A stretch of 47,233 nucleotides of DNA, taken from positions 1-47,233 of the forward strand of contig SLJK01000050.1 of assembly GCA_007135125.1 (NCBI GenBank), given 5' to 3'. The notes under the pieces are model-generated. The model was not told the DNA's origin. It made no database searches and was given only the letters and a program-made list of their open reading frames with translations. Shown here piece by piece: positions 38,988-47,233 of the stretch (its first letter is position 1; each line of letters begins with the position of its first letter). This DNA is from Syntrophomonadaceae bacterium. Its GTDB lineage: Bacteria > Bacillota > Dethiobacteria > DTU022 > UBA8154. The translations under genes and the position numbers were made by a program.

Positions 38988-39377
38988 ATGGATGATTTTT
39001 ATGCCTTTAGGCTGCAGATGGCCAAGCAATTTTTGCTGCTTTACCTTTTGCTGGTCGCAGTGCCACTGTTTACCGGAAACTGGCCGGGGGCATATGGTTT
39101 AACTTTTGGCACTATAATGGCTCTTCTAAATTTTTTTTTGTTGGCCAGCACACTGGAAAAATCAATGAACATGGAGCCCCAAAAAGCCCGCTTTTATGTA
39201 ACATTCCAGTATCTTGTTAGGTACGGTGTGTTTTTTTTGGTAATACTAATAGCTATGATGCGCGCCGATATGCATTTTGCCTGGGCTGTTGCAGGTCTGC
39301 TGATTCCCAAAGCGGTGATACTGGTGGGGAATCTTTTTTCTTTCAGGAAACAGCAGCATGGCTCGAAGCAAGTATAA
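38988..39377 (+). CDS. atpI: ATP synthase protein I
   Basis: Four TM helices, G...G....LNF, Y.VRY; directly before atpB. Confidence 0.8.
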   Translation: MDDFYAFRLQMAKQFLLLYLLLVAVPLFTGNWPGAYGLTFGTIMALLNFFLLASTLEKSMNMEPQKARFYVTFQYLVRYGVFFLVILIAMMRADMHFAWAVAGLLIPKAVILVGNLFSFRKQQHGSKQV

Positions 39378-39432
39378 TATATGAAAGGGGGGAAGAAAAT
39401 CGGTTTAAACCCGTTTTAAACCGGGCGTAATT

Positions 39433-40089
39433 ATGGATGTAACAGATATTCAAATAAATACTTATATGACGTTAAACGATATGCCCTTTATTACGAATAC
39501 AGTTGTAATTACCTGGGGTATTGCTTTGCTTCTGTTTGCTCTTTCCATTCTCACCACCCGGAGAATGAAGGCTGTTCCCGGAACGCTGCAGCTTTTTATG
39601 GAACTGATCATTGAAGGTATTCACTGGTTGGTTGATAAAACCATGGGCAGCGATAAAAGAAATTTTGCCCCGTACATGCTGGCTCTTTCTCTCTATATGC
39701 TTATCGCAAATCTTACCGGACTGGTAGTGGTGAGGCAGCCTACTGCCGATCTTAATACTACTTTTGCCCTGGCTGCCATTACTTTTGTTATGGTTCATTT
39801 CAACGGGTTTAGAATGAAGAAGCTGCGCTATATCAAGGGCTTTTTTGAACCTTTGCCTTTTATGTTTCCGTTAAATATTATCAGTGAAATAGCCCTGCCT
39901 ATTTCACTGAGCTTCCGTCTTTTCGGTAATATGCTGGGAAGTTTGATTATCATGTTTATGCTTTACCATTTTGCTCCTCCCCTGGCACCTATCATTGGAC
40001 ATGCCTATTTTGACGTTTTTGCAGGTGTTATTCAAACTTTTATTTTTGTCATGTTAACAATGACTTTCGTAAGCCTGGCCATGGAATAA
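39433..40089 (+). CDS. atpB: ATP synthase Fo subunit a
   Basis: PTADLNTT, P.SLSFRLFGN (stator Arg), IQTFIF.MLT. Confidence 0.96.
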   Translation: MDVTDIQINTYMTLNDMPFITNTVVITWGIALLLFALSILTTRRMKAVPGTLQLFMELIIEGIHWLVDKTMGSDKRNFAPYMLALSLYMLIANLTGLVVVRQPTADLNTTFALAAITFVMVHFNGFRMKKLRYIKGFFEPLPFMFPLNIISEIALPISLSFRLFGNMLGSLIIMFMLYHFAPPLAPIIGHAYFDVFAGVIQTFIFVMLTMTFVSLAME

Positions 40090-40138
40090 GATTTTAATAG
40101 CAGCGTGTTTATGTAAATTAAGAAAGGGGGGAAAACGG

Positions 40139-40690
40139 TTGTATGTTTTACTGCAGTTTATCCTAGATTCAGGCTTTGACTGGTTGGCTGAACAGGACCC
40201 CATGGCTCTTCTTCTGGCATCTTCCGCATTGGCAGCAGGTATTGCCATGATAGGAAGAATCGGGACAGGTATTGGTCAGGGATATGCGGCGGGAAAGGGA
40301 GCAGAAGGTGCTGCGGTTAACCCTAAATCACTGCGGCAAACTACTTTCGTTATGCTTCTAAGCCAGGCTGTTACCGAAACATCGGGAATATTTTGCCTGG
40401 TAATAGCGCTGCTTCTGCTCTACGCTAATCCTTTGTTAGGCTCAGCCGGCACAGTTATTGTTTTGGTAGCTTCCACTCTGGCCGTGGGGCTCAGTATGAT
40501 CTCCGCCTTTGGTCCAGGTGTGGGCCAGGGCTACGCCGGGGGGCAGGCTGTGGAAGCAGTGTCCTATAGGCCCCGATTTTCCGGTCCAATTTTGCGTATT
40601 TTTCTGGTGGGCCAGGCTATCAGCCAGTCCAAGGTTGTTTATGCTTTGATTATTGCTTTAATTCTTCTTTACGCTAATCCGTTAATATAA
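40139..40690 (+). CDS. atpE1: Duplicated four-helix c subunit (c1-type, V-like)
   Basis: Two c-subunit hairpins: GIGQG...VTETS (E80) and GVGQG...ISQSK (Q163 in place of Glu); each ends LYANP. Confidence 0.9.
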   Translation: MYVLLQFILDSGFDWLAEQDPMALLLASSALAAGIAMIGRIGTGIGQGYAAGKGAEGAAVNPKSLRQTTFVMLLSQAVTETSGIFCLVIALLLLYANPLLGSAGTVIVLVASTLAVGLSMISAFGPGVGQGYAGGQAVEAVSYRPRFSGPILRIFLVGQAISQSKVVYALIIALILLYANPLI

Positions 40691-40987
<297 letters not shown>

Positions 40988-41076
40988 TTGCATTTTTTTT
41001 GTTAAACAGAAAAAACATAGGGAATTCTGTCTAACGGTTTTAGTACATCTAGTTTTACAGGGAAGGGGGGTTTGCA

Positions 41077-41610
41077 GTGGACAGTATTTTTTTCGCACAG
41101 GTTGCAAAAAGCACCATAGGTGGAGTGGTAACCATAGACTACACTATCCTGTGGCAGATTTTTAACATGTTTATTATTTACCTTTTAATACGGCGTTATC
41201 TTTATAAACCGCTGGTTGGTTTTGTAGAGAATAGAAAGAAGGGCATAGAAGACGATTTAAAATATGCAGAGCAAGAAAAGCAAGAAGCGCAAAAATTAAA
41301 AGAGGAGTACGAAAAAAGTATCAGGGCTGCAAATCAGGAGGCCAGGGAGATATTGAACAAGGCCACCAGGGAAAGCGAAGAAATAATTGCAGAAGGAAAG
41401 AGGCAGGCCAAGCAGCAGGCTGAAGATATGATAGCCCGTGCTCAAGAAGAGCTGGAGCTGAAAAAAGAAAAGATGTTTAAGGAGCTCAAGGATGAGGTTG
41501 CCTTTATTTCTGTGCGTATCGCTGAGCGAATTATTGAGACCAAGATTGATGCCGCTTCACAACGCCAGCTGGTTGAAAGGCACCTTAAAGAGGTGAAACG
41601 AGTCTCATGA
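41077..41610 (+). CDS. atpF: ATP synthase Fo subunit b
   Basis: One TM helix, LYKPL...ENR, long charged coiled coil. Confidence 0.93.
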   Translation: MDSIFFAQVAKSTIGGVVTIDYTILWQIFNMFIIYLLIRRYLYKPLVGFVENRKKGIEDDLKYAEQEKQEAQKLKEEYEKSIRAANQEAREILNKATRESEEIIAEGKRQAKQQAEDMIARAQEELELKKEKMFKELKDEVAFISVRIAERIIETKIDAASQRQLVERHLKEVKRVS

Positions 41611-42140
41611 CCCCCAAAGGTATAGCCCAAAGATATGCCCAGGCTCTTTTCTCCACCATGAAAAAGAAAGACGAAGTGGATACGGCGCTGGAAAATTATC
41701 GGACCCTTTTGTCTTTCCTGGAGGAAAACGAGGAGATAAAACAATTTTTATACCGTTTTCCGGTTAAGCGAGCTCTAAAAAAAGAAATAATTAGAAAGCT
41801 AAGTTCTGAATTCTCGACAGATTTTGCCCGCTTCCTTCTTCTGCTGGTGGAAAAGCATAGGTTTTATTTATTAGAGCTTATCTACCGGTTTTATCTGCAG
41901 ATGGTGAATGAAGATCAGGGGAAGGTTTTGGCTCATATTTCGACTCCGCTTCCCCTGGAGGAAGATCAGGCCGAAGAGATTGTTAGTATATTGGGGGAAA
42001 TGAGCGGTAAAGAAGTCCAGCTGGAAGAAGAAGTAAAAGAGGAGATCAAAGGAGGTTTTATTATTCGCCTGGGAGATCAACTCTTTGATGCCAGCGTAAC
42101 TACCCAGCTAGAAAGGTTGTATCGCGAACTTACTGCATGA
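41607..42140 (+). CDS. atpH: ATP synthase F1 delta
   Basis: AQRYAQALF, I.GGF..R.GD...DAS. Confidence 0.93.
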   Translation: MTPKGIAQRYAQALFSTMKKKDEVDTALENYRTLLSFLEENEEIKQFLYRFPVKRALKKEIIRKLSSEFSTDFARFLLLLVEKHRFYLLELIYRFYLQMVNEDQGKVLAHISTPLPLEEDQAEEIVSILGEMSGKEVQLEEEVKEEIKGGFIIRLGDQLFDASVTTQLERLYRELTA

Positions 42141-42190
42141 TATATCCATAGCCCTTGACTTTTTATTAAGATTAGAGGTGGTTCAAAAAA

Positions 42191-43732
42191 ATGAATGTAC
42201 GTCCGGATGAAATAAGTTCTTTACTGCAACAGCAGATTGAGGGTTTTGAAAAGAGCCTGGAGTTAGTGGATGTAGGAACTGTCATCTACATCGGTGATGG
42301 AGTGGCACGTATTTACGGGCTGGAGAAATGTATGGCCGGTGAGCTCCTGGAATTCCCCGGCGGGGTGATGGGAATGGCTCTTAACCTGGAAGTGGATAAC
42401 ATTGGCTGTGTGTTGCTGGGAGACTATAAAAAGGTTAAAGAAGGAGATATGGTTAAGAGGACCGGAAAAATTGCCCAGGTTCCTGCAGGAGAAGCCATGG
42501 TGGGCCGGGTTGTCAATGCCCTGGGTGAACCCATTGATGGCAAGGGACCTGTTAAAACAGAAGCGTTTCGCCCCATGGAGCGTATTGCGCCAGGGGTTAC
42601 TCACAGGCAACCGGTGAAAGAGCCGCTGCAGACCGGGCTCAAGGCTATTGATTCCATGATTCCCATCGGTCGCGGGCAAAGGGAGCTAATTATCGGGGAC
42701 CGTGGTACCGGCAAGACGGCAATTCCCCTGGACGCCATTATTAACCAGAAGGATACTGATGTTTACTGCATCTATGTAGCTATCGGACAAAAACGGTCCC
42801 GGGTAGCCGCCGTGGCACAGATACTGGAAGATCATGGTGCCATGGAGTATACCACCATTGTAGCTGCTACGGCCAGTGAACCGGCTCCACTATTATACAT
42901 TGCTCCCTATGCGGGCTGCGCTATAGGTGAAGAATTTATGGATAACGGCAAGCATGTGTTGGTAGTCTACGACGATCTTTCCAAGCATGCTATTGCTTAC
43001 AGAGAGCTTTCCTTGTTGCTTCGCCGTCCTCCAGGCCGGGAAGCTTATCCCGGGGATATTTTCTATCTTCATTCCCGGCTGCTGGAGAGAGCTGCCAAAT
43101 ACAGCGACGAACTGGGCGGCGGTTCACTCACGGCTCTTCCTATCATCGAAACCCAGGAGGGAGATGTCTCCGCTTATATTCCTACAAACGTTATTTCCAT
43201 TACCGACGGTCAGATTTACCTGGAAAGGGAACTGTTTTTTGCCGGTGTGCGCCCCGCGGTGAACGTGGGTCTTTCTGTATCCAGGGTTGGAGGAAATGCT
43301 CAGAACAAGGGGATGAAAAGAGTTGCCGGGCGGTTGCGGCTGGACCTGGCCCAGTTCAGGGAGCTGGAGTCTTTTGCCCAATTTGGGACCGAATTGGATA
43401 AGGCAACTCAGGCTCGTCTGCGGCGGGGAGAAAGATTGGTAGAGATTTTGAAGCAGGAACAGTATGTTCCTATTCCCGTGGAGAAGCAGATAATGATACT
43501 TTTTGCCGGGACCACCGGTCTTCTAGATGAGGTTCCTGTAGAAGAGATCAAACAATTTGAGCAGGAGATGTTTCGCTTCATGGACAATAATTACCCCCGC
43601 ATAGCCCAGACAATAAAAGAGACAGCAGACCTGACGGATGATATTGAATCTGAACTGCGCAGTGCCGTTGAAGAGTTCAAAAAATCGTTTCTGTCGCAAG
43701 CAGAATCCATGAAAGAACAGGCTACAGCATAG
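42191..43732 (+). CDS. atpA: ATP synthase F1 alpha
   Basis: [49 protein letters not shown]. Confidence 0.98.
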   Translation: MNVRPDEISSLLQQQIEGFEKSLELVDVGTVIYIGDGVARIYGLEKCMAGELLEFPGGVMGMALNLEVDNIGCVLLGDYKKVKEGDMVKRTGKIAQVPAGEAMVGRVVNALGEPIDGKGPVKTEAFRPMERIAPGVTHRQPVKEPLQTGLKAIDSMIPIGRGQRELIIGDRGTGKTAIPLDAIINQKDTDVYCIYVAIGQKRSRVAAVAQILEDHGAMEYTTIVAATASEPAPLLYIAPYAGCAIGEEFMDNGKHVLVVYDDLSKHAIAYRELSLLLRRPPGREAYPGDIFYLHSRLLERAAKYSDELGGGSLTALPIIETQEGDVSAYIPTNVISITDGQIYLERELFFAGVRPAVNVGLSVSRVGGNAQNKGMKRVAGRLRLDLAQFRELESFAQFGTELDKATQARLRRGERLVEILKQEQYVPIPVEKQIMILFAGTTGLLDEVPVEEIKQFEQEMFRFMDNNYPRIAQTIKETADLTDDIESELRSAVEEFKKSFLSQAESMKEQATA

Positions 43733-43770
43733 AGTTGTTTGACCAGGTCTTGCCAAAGGTGGGATAAGCA

Positions 43771-44703
43771 GTGCGTGGAACAAGAGAAATTAAGACGCGT
43801 ATAAAAAGCGTACAGAGCACCCAAAAAATTACCAGGGCCATGGAAATGGTGGCTGCAGCCAAGCTGCGGCGGGCTGAGGAAAGGGCAGAAGCCGCTCGTC
43901 CTTATGCCAGGAGTATTAAGAATTCCATTGCCCGCATTTTGGAGAATACTATAGGTATTGACAGTCCACTGATGGAAGCAAGAGATTCTACCAAAAAATG
44001 TCTTGTAGTTTACTCTTCCGACAGAGGGCTTTGTGGAAGTTACAATACCAATATTTTGCGTAGAGCTGTTTTGGAGGCAGAAAAATACCCAAAGGAGCAG
44101 GTATCCATTGTTGCTATCGGCCGCAAGGCCAGGGATTTTTTTAGGCGTAGAGAGTACAATATAATCAGGGAATTTCTTGATATTGAAGACCGCCCGGGGA
44201 TCGAGCGTACTCGGGAATTGGTTACTTACCTCCTGGAGCTTTTTAATGAAGGTGAAGCGGGTGAAATTTACCTGCTTTACAATGAATTCGTTAATGTAAT
44301 GATACACCATCCTCGTTGCTTACAACTATTACCTGTGGCAAGCGATGCAATAAAAATAGGAGAAGAAGAAAAAGCAGAAGTGGTGGAAGGAGAGCGGCAG
44401 ACAAAGGAGCAGCAGCAAAGAAATGAGGCAGCTGCAGAAGAGCTTATATATCAGTTTGAACCGGAGCCAGAAATTGTGCTGGAGGCTCTTCTTTCCCGTT
44501 TACTTAACAGCCTTGTTTTAACTGCTTTCCTGGAGGCCAAGGCTTCTGAGCTAGGTTCGCGGATGACTGCCATGAAAACTGCAACAGAGAATGCCAAGGA
44601 TATGATCGCCAGACTCACCCTGGAGTATAATAAAGCTCGTCAGGGTGCAATAACCCAGGAAATCCTGGAGATTGTCAATACATCTGAAGCGCTGTCCAAG
44701 TAA
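43771..44703 (+). CDS. atpG: ATP synthase F1 gamma
   Basis: KITRAMEMVAAAK, SDRGLCG..N, ASE...RM.AM..AT.NA, RQ..IT.EI.EI. Confidence 0.97.
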   Translation: MRGTREIKTRIKSVQSTQKITRAMEMVAAAKLRRAEERAEAARPYARSIKNSIARILENTIGIDSPLMEARDSTKKCLVVYSSDRGLCGSYNTNILRRAVLEAEKYPKEQVSIVAIGRKARDFFRRREYNIIREFLDIEDRPGIERTRELVTYLLELFNEGEAGEIYLLYNEFVNVMIHHPRCLQLLPVASDAIKIGEEEKAEVVEGERQTKEQQQRNEAAAEELIYQFEPEPEIVLEALLSRLLNSLVLTAFLEAKASELGSRMTAMKTATENAKDMIARLTLEYNKARQGAITQEILEIVNTSEALSK

Positions 44704-44741
44704 TCATGCTTAAGGCAGCGAGAAATTTAGGGAAGGTTTAG

Positions 44742-46157
<1,416 letters not shown>

Positions 46158-46181
46158 AAATAATGCAAGGGGAGAAATTTC

Positions 46182-46601
46182 ATGGGGACTGATGTTCTGC
46201 TTAGAATAGTCACTCCGGAACGTATTGTATACGAAGACAGGGTGGATATGGTTATTGCCAGAGGTCTCGAAGGAGATCTGGGAATTCTTTTCGACCACAA
46301 ACCCATGGTTACACCTTTAAAAATAGGTGTCTTGAAGATAAAGAAAGGCAAGAAGTTCCATCCTGTTGCTATCAGCGGTGGAGGAGTTTTGGAGATTAAA
46401 ACGGACCTTATTACAGTACTGGCTGATGCGGCGGAATTGCCGGAAGAGATTGACGTGGAAAGAGCCCGTGCTGCCAGGAAAAAGGCTGAAGATTTGTTAG
46501 CACGGGGAGAAGATAGTGATGTTGATTGGGCCAGGGCCCAGGCAGCACTTCGAAGATCCATGGCGCGTCTAACAACTGTGGAAGAATATTACAAACATTA
46601 A
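46182..46601 (+). CDS. atpC: ATP synthase F1 epsilon
   Basis: IVTPE, G.LGIL..H.P, IDVERA, ARA.AALRR...RL. Confidence 0.96.
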   Translation: MGTDVLLRIVTPERIVYEDRVDMVIARGLEGDLGILFDHKPMVTPLKIGVLKIKKGKKFHPVAISGGGVLEIKTDLITVLADAAELPEEIDVERARAARKKAEDLLARGEDSDVDWARAQAALRRSMARLTTVEEYYKH

Positions 46602-46673
46602 TGATGGTTTTTTATTGTTATACCAGCTGCTAGCAAAGTTAATACTTCCCGGTTTGTATCAGGTTATTAAATC

Positions 46674-46700
46674 AAAGGCAGGGAATCGATCCCTGCCTTT
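46674..46700 (+). terminator. Terminator hairpin after the atp operon
   Basis: AAAGGCAGGGA-ATCGA-TCCCTGCCTTT, 11-bp stem with a short T-tail. Confidence 0.7.
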
Positions 46701-46798
46701 CCGTATGCGTCCCGTGCCATGTGGTTAGAGTTGAAACGATTAAACACAGTGCTCTGCTCAAATATTGATTAGCTTCTTATCCTGGTTGCAGCGTTTAA

Positions 46799-46827
46799 TT
46801 GACACTTAGAAATGATCGTGGGATAAT
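46799..46827 (+). promoter_or_regulatory. SigA-type promoter
   Basis: TTGACA-17 nt-GATAAT with TG extension. Confidence 0.65.
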
Positions 46828-46888
46828 ATTTGCGTTGCTCTTTGTAAGCAGCAGATAGAAGCATATCTCCCCACAAAGGAGCTTAACC

Positions 46889-47113
46889 TTGGATCTTATT
46901 ATTACTCTCCTAATTGTTCTTCTGCTAATATTTTGGCCCAAGCTGGGAAAAATGCGCTATTATATTCTTCTTTTTGCGGGAGTTGCCTTTCTATTTTTTG
47001 CCTTGATTTTTGCTCCCATACTGCTTCTTACTCCCGTTTTTTATGTGGGGGTTTTTATTATTATCATACTTACTCTGTACAGGGGGATAATAAATAAAAG
47101 GAAAAATGATTAA
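46889..47113 (+). CDS. Hypothetical small membrane protein (74 aa)
   Basis: SD AAGGAG, TTG start, own promoter, 2-3 hydrophobic segments and a basic tail; no family recognised. Confidence 0.6.
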   Translation: MDLIITLLIVLLLIFWPKLGKMRYYILLFAGVAFLFFALIFAPILLLTPVFYVGVFIIIILTLYRGIINKRKND

Positions 47114-47233
47114 ATATTTTATTATCACAAACATGATCTGTAGCTGCATACATTTGCTGCGGTTTACTGCAGTTTTCTGCTGCTACCACCGGGCAAGGGC
47201 GTATGGAAAGGAATATCCCTGCCGATATTGAGC

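Overview
Core chromosomal segment of an anaerobic Bacillota (Clostridia/Dethiobacteria-like by gene order; taxonomy is inference), almost all on the + strand and in the gene order usually found near oriC. Order: ychF (partial), AI-2E transporter, rpsF-ssb-rpsR-rplI-dnaB, FAD oxidoreductase, purA, walRK-yycH-yycI-murA-htrA, metalloenzyme, rlmH, cysteine synthase, MBL hydrolase, pdaD-speE-speB, pyrG, Yip1, tal-glpX-rho-rpmE, DUF1385-prfA-prmC, a nikR/fur/larE/larC/larB block, sua5-rpiB-glyA-dCMP deaminase, and a complete Na+-type F1Fo operon. I saw no tRNA/rRNA, CRISPR array or intact mobile element. Most interesting: (1) the purA-walR spacer holds an M23 peptidase remnant, a perfect WalR box, and a ~57-nt terminator-ended candidate sRNA whose C-rich loop can pair with the walR RBS, while walR apparently starts at CTG, suggesting an undescribed WalR feedback loop; (2) an Acetobacterium-type hybrid c1/c2 Na+ rotor whose c1 carries unusual Arg/Lys residues in membrane helices, plus motif deviations in alpha/beta and an insertion in gamma; (3) an apparent ATA start for rlmH, an 82-aa acidic insert in YycH, and a variant DnaB motif. 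All calls come from reading the sequence; no searches or folding programs were run.
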